Assembly: GCA_949373075.1 (NCBI GenBank)
Contig: CASIBX010000008.1
Location: 985-64,984, forward strand
Reading direction: 5' to 3'
DNA length: 64,000 bases
DNA from: Candidatus Poseidoniaceae archaeon
Lineage (GTDB): Archaea > Thermoplasmatota > Poseidoniia > Poseidoniales > Poseidoniaceae
Part shown: positions 32,874 to 43,889 of the stretch, one piece after another
Position numbering within the stretch: the first letter of the stretch is position 1
Layout: each line of letters begins with the position of its first letter
The notes under the pieces: generated by a model
The model's input: only the letters and a program-made list of their open reading frames with translations
Databases searched by the model: none
Told to the model about the DNA's origin: nothing
Position numbers and translations under genes: made by a program

Positions 32874-33605
32874 ATGGTAAAGCGGCCGATTCACCGCCTA
32901 TCGTCTAATGGACCAATCCCCGAACTCGATGAACTCGCTGAAGAATCAATCATTACGATTCGTACAGAAGATGAAACCGTGGTCCGTTTACTTGCATCTC
33001 CATTTGACCTAGGAGACTTAGCGCAAGGGCACATTACATGTGAAGGCCGGGGGGAAGTCGAGAAAATCATTGTTGACGGGACTGATGTGAAAATTACAGG
33101 TAACGTCCAGCCGAGGCCTAGTGAAGACCTACTTACTGCAGCATGTGGTGCTTGTACTACTGGTGATATTGAAGTCCCAAGGAATATAGTATCCAACACG
33201 GTAAAACTGAATTCAAACATCTCAAAGATGATGAATGACATGAAAGAAAATCAACCTTGGTTCAAAGTCACAGGTGGCATGCATGCTGCAGCATTATTCG
33301 ATGAGAATGGTGACTTGCTAATATTGCGAGAAGATGTTGGCAGGCATAATGCGGTTGACAAAGTGATTGGAGGAGCTATTCGTAATGGAATTTCTAGCCG
33401 CATAATGGGCCTTTCAGGGCGAATAGGTTGGGAATTGGTTGCGAAAGCAGTGAGGGCAGATGTGGAATTAGTTATTGCTGTAGGAGCTATAAGTTCCGCA
33501 GCGGAGCATTTAGCCCGGAGTGCCGGATTGACTTTGGTCGGGTTCGCTGCTAGTGAAACTCCGTCTGTTGTAGGCCCTTTGAGCCGCATCATTGACAAGC
33601 CTTGA
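32874..33605 (+). CDS. fdhD: Formate dehydrogenase accessory sulfurtransferase FdhD
   Basis: ACGAC, TGGMHAAA, REDVGRHNAVDK.IG, SGR...ELV.KA. Confidence 0.9.
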   Translation: MVKRPIHRLSSNGPIPELDELAEESIITIRTEDETVVRLLASPFDLGDLAQGHITCEGRGEVEKIIVDGTDVKITGNVQPRPSEDLLTAACGACTTGDIEVPRNIVSNTVKLNSNISKMMNDMKENQPWFKVTGGMHAAALFDENGDLLILREDVGRHNAVDKVIGGAIRNGISSRIMGLSGRIGWELVAKAVRADVELVIAVGAISSAAEHLARSAGLTLVGFAASETPSVVGPLSRIIDKP

Positions 33606-33621
33606 GCGAACCGCTAACATA

Positions 33622-35913
33622 ATGTCGAGCAGAGAAGATGCGAGAGCAGTTACTCCGCCCGACAACACTCCATTGAAAATAAAGAAGCCCAAATCAATTG
33701 CAGCAGGCATCCCAGCAGCTAATTCCTCTCTGATACATGGGATTAAGAAAATGGGTGTTACCAAGACTATCAAGACCTTGATTACTGTAAACCAGCCAGA
33801 CGGTTTCGATTGCCCAGGATGTGCATGGCCAGACCCTGAACACGCTTCTGCATTCGAGTTCTGTGAAAATGGCGCTAAGGCAGTAGCCGATGAAGCAACA
33901 AGGTCCAGAGTGACACCTGATTTCTTCGCAAAAAATAGTGTTCAGGATTTATCTGAAAAGAGTGACTTTTGGTTAAACAAACAGGGCAGGATAACTCATC
34001 CAATGATCCTCAAACCTGGGCAGAATCACTACGAAGAGATTTCATGGAAGGATGCTTTCGAAATGGTTGCTGAAAATATTTCCACAAGTGACAACCCAGA
34101 CCGTTCTGTATTCTATACATCGGGACGCACATCTAATGAAGCCGCTTTTTTGTATCAATTATTTGCTAGAACATTAGGTACAAACAATATGCCAGATTGC
34201 TCAAACATGTGCCATGAATCTAGTGGTAAAGGTCTTGGGGAGACTATCGGTATAGGGAAGGGAACTGTGAGTTTAGAAGATTTTAACCATTCAGAATTTA
34301 TTTTGGTTGTAGGCCAAAACCCGGGGACCAATCACCCCCGTATGCTCACCGCCTTAAGAGACGCTAAACGTAATGGTGCGAAAATAATCCATGTTAATCC
34401 ATTACCCGAAACTGGTTTAGTGAGATTCAAACATCCTCAAGATTACATGAAATTGTCATTTGGTAGCGAAGCATTAGCAGATATGCATTTGCAGGTGAAG
34501 ATTGGTGGCGATGCTGCCTTGATGCACGGGCTAATGAAAGTCCAACTCGAATTAGATGCATTAGACCATGAGTTTATCGAAACATCAACTATTGGATTTG
34601 ACAAACTAATTGAAAATATACGCAGTACTAGTTGGAAATGCATCGAAGACGATTCTGGATTAACTAGATTCCAAATTGAGAAGGCAGGTAGGATGATGTC
34701 GAAGTCCAAGGCATCAATTGCATGCTGGGCTATGGGATTAACTCAACACAAAAACGGAGTTGCGGTAATCCAAGAAGTAAGTAATCTAATGCTAATGGGC
34801 GGACACATCGGCAAAAAAGGTGCAGGTTTGTGCCCTGTTCGAGGCCATTCAAATGTCCAAGGCGATCGTACAGTTGGAATATGGGAAAGGCCTAGTGAAC
34901 AGTTCCTTGCGAGATTAGACGCTGCCTGCGGAATAACTAGCCCTAGGGAACACGGGGTAGATGTTGTAGAAGCAATAACTAAGATGCAAGAAGGTGAAGT
35001 CGACTTGTTTTTCTGCATGGGTGGTAACTTCATATCAGCAACACCAGATACACTAGCAACTGCTATTGGATTAAGAAATGTTAAATTGACAGTTCAGGTT
35101 TCAACTAAGTTGAATCGCTCGCACCTTGTTACAGGCGATACTGCCTTGATATTACCGTGCCTTGGTCGAACAGAGCTAGACGTTCAAAAATCTGGCAAAC
35201 AATTCGTAACTGTAGAAAACTCAATGGGTATTGTTCATACTTCAAAAGGTGGCTTAAACCCTGCAAGCAAACATCTTCGCAGTGAACCATGGATTGTTGC
35301 TTCTATGGCCACAGCTGTATTGAATGATGATCGAGACTGGATGGAATTTGCTCTTGATTATGATAATATTCGTTCACTTATGAGTGAAGCATTAGCTGGT
35401 TTTGATGATTACAATGAACGCGTCAGGAGTCCTAATGGATTCGCCCTGCCCAATCCACCAAGGGACTCACGTTCGTTTAATACTCCAGATGGTAAGGCCC
35501 ATTTTGTCAGCCATGAATTACCCGATGTTACAATTCCAAAGGACCGTTTTATCATGATGACCATTCGATCTCACGACCAATACAATACCACCATTTATGA
35601 TTTGCACGACAGGTATCGTGGTATTCATGGGAATAGGCGTGTTGTATTGATGAATGCTCAAGACATGTCAGATAGGGGATGGAAGACACGGCACATAGTA
35701 GACATAATATCTCATTTCGAAGGTAAAGAAAGGCGTAGTGATGGTTGGCAATTAGTAGCTTATGACATCCCTAAAGGGAACATTGCAACATACTTCCCTG
35801 AGGCGAATGTTTTGGTCCCATTGGAATCTACCGCTGTCAAATCTAATACTCCGACTTCAAAATGGATTGAATGTAGCCTTCACGATCCAGGCACTGCACT
35901 TTCCGAGGAATAA
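33622..35913 (+). CDS. FdhF/YdeP-family molybdopterin oxidoreductase
   Basis: GFDCPGCAWPD, EFCENGAKAVA, YTSGRTSNEAAF, PDCSNMCHESSG, PVRGHSNVQGDRT, IRSHDQYNTTIY. Confidence 0.93.
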   Translation: MSSREDARAVTPPDNTPLKIKKPKSIAAGIPAANSSLIHGIKKMGVTKTIKTLITVNQPDGFDCPGCAWPDPEHASAFEFCENGAKAVADEATRSRVTPDFFAKNSVQDLSEKSDFWLNKQGRITHPMILKPGQNHYEEISWKDAFEMVAENISTSDNPDRSVFYTSGRTSNEAAFLYQLFARTLGTNNMPDCSNMCHESSGKGLGETIGIGKGTVSLEDFNHSEFILVVGQNPGTNHPRMLTALRDAKRNGAKIIHVNPLPETGLVRFKHPQDYMKLSFGSEALADMHLQVKIGGDAALMHGLMKVQLELDALDHEFIETSTIGFDKLIENIRSTSWKCIEDDSGLTRFQIEKAGRMMSKSKASIACWAMGLTQHKNGVAVIQEVSNLMLMGGHIGKKGAGLCPVRGHSNVQGDRTVGIWERPSEQFLARLDAACGITSPREHGVDVVEAITKMQEGEVDLFFCMGGNFISATPDTLATAIGLRNVKLTVQVSTKLNRSHLVTGDTALILPCLGRTELDVQKSGKQFVTVENSMGIVHTSKGGLNPASKHLRSEPWIVASMATAVLNDDRDWMEFALDYDNIRSLMSEALAGFDDYNERVRSPNGFALPNPPRDSRSFNTPDGKAHFVSHELPDVTIPKDRFIMMTIRSHDQYNTTIYDLHDRYRGIHGNRRVVLMNAQDMSDRGWKTRHIVDIISHFEGKERRSDGWQLVAYDIPKGNIATYFPEANVLVPLESTAVKSNTPTSKWIECSLHDPGTALSEE

Positions 35914-35917
35914 TCGC

Positions 35918-37171
35918 ATGAAAGAAATCGGTTATTTGGAACTCTTGAAAAAGAATTCAAAGTTCAGGACATTCTGGGCTGCAGGCGTAATATCGATGAT
36001 GGGTGAATGGTTCAACACAATCGCTTTATTCACATTGATTTTGAAATATTCTGGCTCTGAAGCAATGCTTGGACTGCTATTTACAATCAGAATGCTAGGT
36101 TTTGCTGTGTTGCAACCAATTACTGGATTGTTAGCAGATAGATGGTCAAGAAAATGGATAATGGTTGTTACTAACCTCGCCCAAGTTGGCCTTGCTTTGT
36201 GTTTCCTAATGGTAAATGGCCCTGAAGATATTTGGTGGCTTATGGGTCTGTCTGGTGTTATGATGGTACTACACGGGGGATACATGACTGCTGAACGTTC
36301 AGCATTACCTAACATAGTCGAAGAACATGAGTTGGCTACTGCAAATGCCCTAGACGCAGCAACATGGTCTACCGCACTAGCAACAGGGGCTTTCCTTGGC
36401 GGATTAGTTGTAGCGCAGTACGGCACTGATGTCGCTTTCATTGTAGATTCAATTACATTCCTAGTAGGGGCTCTAATTTTGCTTCCGCTCACAGTTCCAC
36501 AAAATGTCAGCAGCGATATGAAAGGTCCAATATTCAAAACTGCTTTTTCCAATATCAAGGCCGGTTTTGTTCGATTAATTAGTGAGCCTAGATTGAAGAG
36601 AATTGTATTTGCTAAGACTACATGGAACCTTGCAGGCGGTGGATTAGCAGCGGTGTTCTTAGTTGTTGCAGGCTCTAGAATGTCACCAGGTGAAATGGCT
36701 GCAGGTATCGGCCTATTTTTCATGGCGAGAGGCATAGGGACTGGAATTGGCCCGATTATTGCTAGAAAATACTTGGTAGATAAAAATAAGTGGCCAGCTT
36801 TAGTTGGAATACTGGTTTCTGTATCTGGGTTTTTCTATCTCCTGATTGGCCTTACATTGTTCGAAAACCTGTACTTGACAATGTTTTTGATCATACTTGC
36901 GCATGCAGCAAGTGGTGCTAATTGGGTCCTATCGACAATCCTTACTCAACAGTGGGTTGAGGATGAAATGCGTGGTAGAGTATTCAGTATTGACATGCTG
37001 TTGATGGCAATATCGTTCAGCACAAGCACATATGTTGCAGGATGGCTTCGAGATAATACCGATATGGCACTGGATACAGGAATGATTTGGTTTGCGTGTG
37101 CTATGATTGCTTTTGGCATCATATTCACATTATGGCGACCGGATAATAATCCAAAGAATATAATCGTTTAA
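35918..37171 (+). CDS. MFS transporter (about 12 TM)
   Basis: GLLADRWSRK motif A; EMRGRVFS. Confidence 0.9.
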   Translation: MKEIGYLELLKKNSKFRTFWAAGVISMMGEWFNTIALFTLILKYSGSEAMLGLLFTIRMLGFAVLQPITGLLADRWSRKWIMVVTNLAQVGLALCFLMVNGPEDIWWLMGLSGVMMVLHGGYMTAERSALPNIVEEHELATANALDAATWSTALATGAFLGGLVVAQYGTDVAFIVDSITFLVGALILLPLTVPQNVSSDMKGPIFKTAFSNIKAGFVRLISEPRLKRIVFAKTTWNLAGGGLAAVFLVVAGSRMSPGEMAAGIGLFFMARGIGTGIGPIIARKYLVDKNKWPALVGILVSVSGFFYLLIGLTLFENLYLTMFLIILAHAASGANWVLSTILTQQWVEDEMRGRVFSIDMLLMAISFSTSTYVAGWLRDNTDMALDTGMIWFACAMIAFGIIFTLWRPDNNPKNIIV

Positions 37172-37230
37172 CGTAAATTATGCTGAATAGTTACAACAAT
37201 CCATAAGGCCGAGTTTACACACCGATTAAC

Positions 37231-39261
37231 ATGGCCACCGATATAGACGCTATGCGCGCACATATCGGGCAGGGGATTCCTACCGTATTACCAACACATC
37301 CAGGAATTTGTGATGAAGTAGACCATGCTCCCGCTAGGCGACAAATACTGTCTGATAAAGAAAAGAAATTGGCTTTGCGTAATGCACTACGCTATTTCCC
37401 AGAGAAACTCCATGAGGAACTGGCAAAAGAATTCGTTGATGAATTAGAAACATATGGCAGAATATGGATGATGAGATATCGACCAACAGAATATCCAATC
37501 TACGCTTACCCATTGGATGCATATCCTGCAACTTCACAGCAAGCAGCATCGATAATGCTAATGATCCATAATAATCTCGACAAGAAAGTTGCACAATTCC
37601 CTCATGAACTGATAACTTATGGTGGAACAGGTGCTGTTTTCCAAAATTGGGCACAGTATCGGTTGGTTATGAAATACTTGTGCGAGATGAATGATGAACA
37701 GACTCTAGTCATGTATTCAGGGCACCCAATGGGACTGTTTCCATCATCGAAAGATGCTCCGAGAGTTGTAGTGACAAATGGAATGGTAATACCAAATTAT
37801 TCTACTCAAGATGATTATGATAGGATGAACGCCCTTGGAGTTAGCCAATATGGACAGATGACTGCAGGTTCATACATGTACATAGGTCCGCAGGGAATTG
37901 TTCATGGCACAACTATTACTGTCCTCAATGCCGCTAGGATGCACGCTGGTGCTAAAGACTCACTTGCTGGCGTAACATTCGTCACATCAGGCCTCGGTGG
38001 CATGAGTGGAGCACAGGCTAAAGCAGCCGTAATTGCTGGTGCATCTTGCATAGTAAGCGAAGTTAATCCACACGCAGCGCACAAAAGACACGAACAGGGT
38101 TGGCTTTCAGAAATCGCAGATTCTGTTGATGATGCAATCGATAAAATGGTCCATGCCAAAAATTATGGAATCGCTAAGTCGATTGGCCATATTGGAAATA
38201 TTGTGCATCTGTTGGAGAGAATGGTTGAAAGAAACATTGAGGTTGACTTATTATCTGACCAGACTAGTTTGCACAATCCATGGCAAGGAGGATATTACCC
38301 TGCCACCTTGTCATTTAATGAAGGAAAGAAGATGATGTCAGAAAACCCATCACAATTCAAAATAGAGGTTCAAGAGACATTGAGAAGACACGCATCTGCT
38401 GTAAATAATTTAGTGGACAATGGTACTTACTTTTGGGATTATGGCAATGCATTCCTACTCGAAGCGTCTAGAGCAGGCGCTGATGTAATGAATGCAGATG
38501 GGGATGGATTCAGGTATCCTAGTTATGTTGAAGACATAATGGGCCCAATGTGTTTCGATTACGGGTTTGGGCCATTCAGATGGGTTTGCACATCAGGCGA
38601 CCCTGAAGACCTACGAGAGACGGATCGTATCGCAGCAGATGTCCTGCGAAAAATGTCTGAAAATTCACCAGTGGAAATCAAGCAACAAATGTTGGACAAC
38701 ATTAAGTGGATTGAACAGGCAGAACAGTACGAAATGGTTGTAGGTAGCCAGGCACGAATATTGTATGCTGATGCCGACGGCCGTAAAGAGATCGCAAGGT
38801 CATTCAATGAAGCTATCAAAAATGGTTCAGTAAGTGGACCTATAGTTCTTGGAAGGGACCATCATGACGTATCTGGGACTGATTCTCCTTACAGAGAAAC
38901 TGCCAATATTAGAGACGGTTCAATGTTTACGGCAGATATGGCCGTTCAAAACTTCGTGGGCGATTCCTTTAGAGGAGCAACGTGGATTAGTTTACACAAC
39001 GGAGGCGGTGTTGGCTGGGGCGAAGTAATCAACGGCGGATTCGGTCTACTAATTGATGGTAGCCGAGATAGTGAAAGAAAATTACTTTCCATGCTTGACT
39101 GGGATGTCAATAATGGAATTTCTAGACGTGCTTGGGCGCGCAATGATGGCGCGGTTTATGCGATTAAAAGGGCGATGGAGTCAAATCCATTGCTAAAGGT
39201 GACATTACCTAATATTGCAGAGGACAAACTCATTGACTCCTTCTATCGTGGTGATGAATAA
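37231..39261 (+). CDS. hutU: Urocanate hydratase (long form, 676 aa)
   Basis: ALRNALRYFP, ELITYGG, YGQMTAGSYMYIGPQGIVHGT, SGLGGMSGAQ, SDQTSLHNP, GRDHHDVSGTDSP. Confidence 0.96.
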   Translation: MATDIDAMRAHIGQGIPTVLPTHPGICDEVDHAPARRQILSDKEKKLALRNALRYFPEKLHEELAKEFVDELETYGRIWMMRYRPTEYPIYAYPLDAYPATSQQAASIMLMIHNNLDKKVAQFPHELITYGGTGAVFQNWAQYRLVMKYLCEMNDEQTLVMYSGHPMGLFPSSKDAPRVVVTNGMVIPNYSTQDDYDRMNALGVSQYGQMTAGSYMYIGPQGIVHGTTITVLNAARMHAGAKDSLAGVTFVTSGLGGMSGAQAKAAVIAGASCIVSEVNPHAAHKRHEQGWLSEIADSVDDAIDKMVHAKNYGIAKSIGHIGNIVHLLERMVERNIEVDLLSDQTSLHNPWQGGYYPATLSFNEGKKMMSENPSQFKIEVQETLRRHASAVNNLVDNGTYFWDYGNAFLLEASRAGADVMNADGDGFRYPSYVEDIMGPMCFDYGFGPFRWVCTSGDPEDLRETDRIAADVLRKMSENSPVEIKQQMLDNIKWIEQAEQYEMVVGSQARILYADADGRKEIARSFNEAIKNGSVSGPIVLGRDHHDVSGTDSPYRETANIRDGSMFTADMAVQNFVGDSFRGATWISLHNGGGVGWGEVINGGFGLLIDGSRDSERKLLSMLDWDVNNGISRRAWARNDGAVYAIKRAMESNPLLKVTLPNIAEDKLIDSFYRGDE

Positions 39262-40802
39262 TGGGGAGCATCAAGTTAGACGGTAATACCCTCAGCACAA
39301 CCGAAATCGCATTGATTTCCATGGGTGAGAAGGTCGAGGTGGCATCAGACTCCTGGCTTAAAATAAATGCTGCAAGGGATGTAGTAGAAGGAATACTAGC
39401 AAGGGGTGAGACTGTTTATGGCATTAATACAGGATTTGGTGCGTTGGTTAGCGAATCCATTTCACCGGAGGACTTAGCGGCATTACAGGTTAATCTAATC
39501 CGTTCACATGCTTGTGCAATTGGCGAACCAATGTCTATTCCTGACACTAGGGCAATGATGTGCGTCCGTGCAAATTCATTAATCAAGGGATGCTCAGGAA
39601 TTCAGGCATCAGTAATAGAGCAATTAATCACTTATCTAAATCAAAATATCATTCCAGTTGTTCCAAGAATTGGTTCCCTAGGAGCATCAGGAGATCTTGC
39701 GCCATTGTCACACATGGCATTAGCGCTCATTGGTGAGGGTGAAGTTTGGGGCGATGATGGACCCATTGGCACACCGACTCTGCTCAGGGAAAAGGGATTG
39801 ATTGCAGTCGATTTAGGAGCTAAAGACGGACTTTCACTGATTAATGGGACAAGTCAAATGTGTTCTTTCTTAATTAATGTCGAAACAAGACTTTCCAGTT
39901 TATTACCACTAGCAGATTTGATTGCTTGCGTATCAATGGAGGCCCGCAAGTGTTCGATTAAGCCAATGGATTCCAGAGTCCACGCGGCAAGACCACACCA
40001 TGGTCAATCTTTGGTGGCTGAACGAATTACTCAGATTATGAAAGATTCCGAAATCCTTGCATCGCACAAGAATTGTGACAGAGTTCAGGACGCCTATTCA
40101 TTCCGATGTATACCGCAGGTTCATGGTGCTGTACTCGAAAGATTCCGTACTCTTTCGTCTACTCTTGAAATCGAGATAAACAGCGCAACAGATAACCCGT
40201 TGATATTCCCAAACCCTGCGAACCCAGGTGTAGACGAAGTTATCAGCCAAGGAAACTTCCATGGGGAGATTTTAGCAATAGCTGCTGATGGAATGTCGCA
40301 TGCGATATTTGAGTTAGCACACATAAGTGAAAGAAGAATCGACCAGATAGTTGACCCCGCCAGAAGTGACTTACCTGCATTTTTAGCAACCAACTCAGGA
40401 TTAGAATCCGGTATGATGATCGTTCATTATGTCGCCGCTGCTGCATTGGCTGAAATGCATGGTAGAGTAATGCCACGCTCCGCCTTTTCAACACCAACCT
40501 CAGGAGGTCAAGAGGACCATGTTTCAATGGGCGCAACCGCCTGTTGGAATCTGGTAGAATCTAGTGTTCATCTATCGCAGGTTCTCGCTTGTGAGTTGAT
40601 CATAGCATGTGAAGCACTTGAGTACAGGGATGCTGAACCTGCTGAACATGTCAAGGCCCTATATCGTCTTGTTAGAGGGTTTTGCGAACCATTGGATGGA
40701 GACAGGTCGACATCGAAAGAGATTGAGATGGTAGCTAGAGAATTGTCCAATGGTGGATGGTTGGCTAGAATAGAAGCAGAGTGCGGCAGACTTCCTAGAT
40801 GA
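39261..40802 (+). CDS. hutH: Histidine ammonia-lyase
   Basis: VYGINTGFG, MIO-forming GASGDLAPL, LINGT, VQDAYS.RC.PQVHG, NSATDNP, QEDHVSMG. Confidence 0.96.
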   Translation: MGSIKLDGNTLSTTEIALISMGEKVEVASDSWLKINAARDVVEGILARGETVYGINTGFGALVSESISPEDLAALQVNLIRSHACAIGEPMSIPDTRAMMCVRANSLIKGCSGIQASVIEQLITYLNQNIIPVVPRIGSLGASGDLAPLSHMALALIGEGEVWGDDGPIGTPTLLREKGLIAVDLGAKDGLSLINGTSQMCSFLINVETRLSSLLPLADLIACVSMEARKCSIKPMDSRVHAARPHHGQSLVAERITQIMKDSEILASHKNCDRVQDAYSFRCIPQVHGAVLERFRTLSSTLEIEINSATDNPLIFPNPANPGVDEVISQGNFHGEILAIAADGMSHAIFELAHISERRIDQIVDPARSDLPAFLATNSGLESGMMIVHYVAAAALAEMHGRVMPRSAFSTPTSGGQEDHVSMGATACWNLVESSVHLSQVLACELIIACEALEYRDAEPAEHVKALYRLVRGFCEPLDGDRSTSKEIEMVARELSNGGWLARIEAECGRLPR

Positions 40803-41655
40803 GTTCATTTATTCTTAACTCAACTTCATCTAATCCGGTCAATTGCCTTACTCTAAACCTCATTTTGGTTACTTCAGATTTGAATCCTCGTTCAGCCAAG
40901 ATATCTAGGCGATTGTCTAATTCAATTGCCTTGCGAACTTTTATTTCAACGGCCTCATAAATACTGTAGCCCAAATCATCTGAAACCTGGAAGAGTGCCG
41001 GTTCTGCTTCAGACACGTCTATTCCCATTCTCCTCCATTGTAGGATTCTACGTCTCGCAATATCTTTGGTATACCCTTGACGCGGTATGCGCACAAGGAA
41101 TGACAAAGAAGAACCATCACCAAGAGGCTTTTCTTGTAAATCATCAATTTCATCGACTATTTCCTCGCTTTCCTCAATTACATCGAACTCGATTTTCTTA
41201 GGTACTTCCCATTCATTAGACTCTCTGTGCCACTGTGAATGCTGTATGGAATCCATAATACCGTCTGAAACTACCAATAAAAGGGACCATGGTTTTCGAT
41301 GAAGAGAGTCTTTCAGTTTTATGACCATGTTCAAAACCTTATCAAATCCATGGAGTGAAATTAACCATTCTATGCCTTCGATAATAGCAACACCTGTGTG
41401 ATTTTCAATACGTGATGAGACCAAATCGTGAATTTGGTCCAGTGATGGCTGGATTGAACCTGCAACATCTTGTGATGTAACCCAATAAGACTCAACTTTA
41501 TCCAGATCAATGTGTTCTAAAAGACGGCGTTGTGGGAGTCTGGATAATAGCAAAACATGCCCGTCACCCCTCATTGACAACGAATCAACATAAGCTAGAA
41601 TTTCATCATGTGAAATCAAAGTATGAGTATAAGATTTACCAAATTCAAAATCCAT
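40795..41655 (-). CDS. DUF835-like domain protein with C-terminal extension
   Basis: YWVT, I.PSL, IIEGIEWLISLHGFD.V....KLKD pattern. Confidence 0.7.
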   Translation of the reverse strand: MDFEFGKSYTHTLISHDEILAYVDSLSMRGDGHVLLLSRLPQRRLLEHIDLDKVESYWVTSQDVAGSIQPSLDQIHDLVSSRIENHTGVAIIEGIEWLISLHGFDKVLNMVIKLKDSLHRKPWSLLLVVSDGIMDSIQHSQWHRESNEWEVPKKIEFDVIEESEEIVDEIDDLQEKPLGDGSSLSFLVRIPRQGYTKDIARRRILQWRRMGIDVSEAEPALFQVSDDLGYSIYEAVEIKVRKAIELDNRLDILAERGFKSEVTKMRFRVRQLTGLDEVELRINELI

Positions 41656-41738
41656 TATTGGAACCCCATTTAGCCTACGCCTATGTAGACCGTAACGCTT
41701 CAAGTCCATGAACCATTATATCGTGCTATGCCCTCGGA

Positions 41739-43472
41739 ATGACGGTGACAGCAATGTCTAATGAAGAAAAACCAGATATCCCGATGGCCGAGTGTGGCGC
41801 TTGCCGCGCAATCATACCACTTGATAGTGAATCCTGTTCCGAATGTGGAGCACGATTTGACAGTGTATCCGAGGAAACTCTCGGTGAATGTGGCTCTTGT
41901 GGGAAATTGCAGCCAACAGACTCGAAATCGTGCATCCAATGTGGTGTCTCTTTCGTAGAAGAAGAGTCCGAGGTCGAATCGATAGAGGATTCTGAAAGTG
42001 GCGATGAAATACCTGCTTCACAGGCTTTAGAAGAATTAGATTCAGTAATTGATGATATTAATTCTCTAAGAGAAGAAGATGAAAAACCTGATGAGATTTT
42101 GGAAGTTGAAGAAGAGACTCAAGAAGAACCTGAAGATGATGAAGAGGACCACTCAGAACCAGACGACAATTCAGAGGGGCCATCCGAAGAATTGGACGCT
42201 GAATCTGAAGAAGCAGTAGAGGCTGATTCTGATGAAGAGCAATCTGAATCAGAAGAGGATACTGAAGGAGTAGAAGAAGCGGGCTCTGATGAAGAAGATT
42301 CTGAAGATAAAACAGAAGAAGAAGTCTCAGAGGAAGAGGACCAGAAGAATTTGGATTACTGGCGTACTACAGTAGTTATGGCATTTGAAAATCTCGCTTT
42401 AGCAATTGCAGAATCCGGCATGACTGCAAGTGAAGCATTCGTAGCAGTTGACGGCAACGATGACAAATTGATTGATGCTCCAGAACTTCAGAAGGGCATT
42501 GAGGAGATTAGCGGAGAATGGCTAACTCCAAACCAAGTCAAAGCGATATTGGAATACTTAGACACCAATGAAAATAATAGGGTAGACCCTAGTGAATTAG
42601 TTCAAGCCCTAGATGATTTAAAAATCGGTATCAAGCCAGGTAAATTTCCTAAGTCAAAGAAAAAGAAGGAGTTCCCATCTAAAGTTCAAAAGTTCCTAAT
42701 GGGGAAAAGCGCAAATGATATCTTTTACCCTATAGCATACTTCTTGATGGTTACTTTCATTGGAATATGGGTTGTCAACGGAGTTGGATTGATAGTTGAT
42801 GGTTCAGGTGGACCTGTGCTTTACGAAGGTGATGGCGCAGTTTGGGACCATTGTGGAACCGAAGTAGGAGACGAACTGGGAGATGATTGTTCAGGATATG
42901 CAGTTGAAGGGGAGATTTACCCTTGTCATGATACACTTGATGCGAATAAATGTCAAAACTCTTACACTCCATTTAGTGGAGAAAAGGATTCAGATAGTAT
43001 GCCTGCAGGTTTCTACACAGATGGTATCATCATGATGGTTCTTGGAGTTATAGGACTCGGAATAACGGCATTCCTACATTTATTCTATGCACCTTCACTA
43101 AGGGACAGAGTCAAAGGAAATGACACTGATGAAAACCAAGAATCTGATCACAATAAGTCTGACGAGGACGATGAAGAAGAATCAGATGACGATAAAGAAT
43201 CTGATGATGAGGAAGAATCTGATGATGAGGAAGAATCTGATGATGAGGAAGAATCTGATGATGAAGAGTCTGATGAAGAGTCTGATGATGATGAAGAGGA
43301 TGCAATCGACGTAGGAGATTGGGTTGGAGTTGAAGTCGATGGGGAAGAGATCTTTGGAGAAATCATTGAATTTGATGACGAAGAAGATACTGTGACAATC
43401 GAGACCGAAGACGGTGACGAAGTAACAGCGAACCAAGAAGACATGTTCCTCGATGATGAAGACGACGAGTGA
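41739..43472 (+). CDS. Acidic membrane protein: double Zn ribbon, EF-hand pair, 2 TM, SH3/Tudor-like C-terminus
   Basis: 4x CxxC; DGNDDKLIDAPEL and DTNENNRVDPSEL; two hydrophobic helices; IDVGDWVGVEVDGEEIFGEIIEFD. Confidence 0.8.
   Translation: MTVTAMSNEEKPDIPMAECGACRAIIPLDSESCSECGARFDSVSEETLGECGSCGKLQPTDSKSCIQCGVSFVEEESEVESIEDSESGDEIPASQALEELDSVIDDINSLREEDEKPDEILEVEEETQEEPEDDEEDHSEPDDNSEGPSEELDAESEEAVEADSDEEQSESEEDTEGVEEAGSDEEDSEDKTEEEVSEEEDQKNLDYWRTTVVMAFENLALAIAESGMTASEAFVAVDGNDDKLIDAPELQKGIEEISGEWLTPNQVKAILEYLDTNENNRVDPSELVQALDDLKIGIKPGKFPKSKKKKEFPSKVQKFLMGKSANDIFYPIAYFLMVTFIGIWVVNGVGLIVDGSGGPVLYEGDGAVWDHCGTEVGDELGDDCSGYAVEGEIYPCHDTLDANKCQNSYTPFSGEKDSDSMPAGFYTDGIIMMVLGVIGLGITAFLHLFYAPSLRDRVKGNDTDENQESDHNKSDEDDEEESDDDKESDDEEESDDEEESDDEEESDDEESDEESDDDEEDAIDVGDWVGVEVDGEEIFGEIIEFDDEEDTVTIETEDGDEVTANQEDMFLDDEDDE
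43197..43265 (+). repeat. 18-bp coding tandem repeat GAATCTGATGATGAGGAA, about 3.8 copies (ESDDEE)
   Basis: Read directly from the sequence. Confidence 0.9.
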
Positions 43473-43476
43473 TTTT

Positions 43477-43827
43477 ATGTCCGATAAGCTAGACGCTTTA
43501 GTTGGAAAAGAATCATGCCCAGTATGTGGCACAATCTCGCAAAAAGGCACCAGCAGATGCCCAGAGTGTGGCACATTTCACTCTGGAGTACACTTAGAAG
43601 AAAGGCCAGCTCCAAGTCCTGAAGAAAGAATTAACTCAAGAGATGTTAACCCTTTAGATTATTCAATAAATCCAGATTCGGCAATAGCGGATGAGGATTT
43701 TGAAGGAGACGATACCACAGTAAAAAACTGGAGTGGAGGGGCAACTGATTTCTCATTTGTTGATGATGAACCGGTAAAGGTTCGTGAAGTTGAAATCCCA
43801 AAATCCGAAGAAATCGAGTCAGATTGA
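43477..43827 (+). CDS. Small acidic Zn-ribbon protein
   Basis: CPVCG...CPECGTFH. Confidence 0.75.
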   Translation: MSDKLDALVGKESCPVCGTISQKGTSRCPECGTFHSGVHLEERPAPSPEERINSRDVNPLDYSINPDSAIADEDFEGDDTTVKNWSGGATDFSFVDDEPVKVREVEIPKSEEIESD

Positions 43828-43889
43828 TTTATTCTTAAATGCTAATTGAATAGCGATTAGCCATTAATCATTAATTAGTTATTGCAAGG

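Noticed and set aside
33622..35913. Selenocysteine formate dehydrogenase
   Set aside because: No in-frame TGA; YdeP-type Cys motif (SNMCHE). The MsrB domain also has Cys (TGC)
43197..43290. CRISPR array
   Set aside because: Spacer-less in-frame coding repeats (ESDDEE); the same applies to 23622-23726; no cas genes
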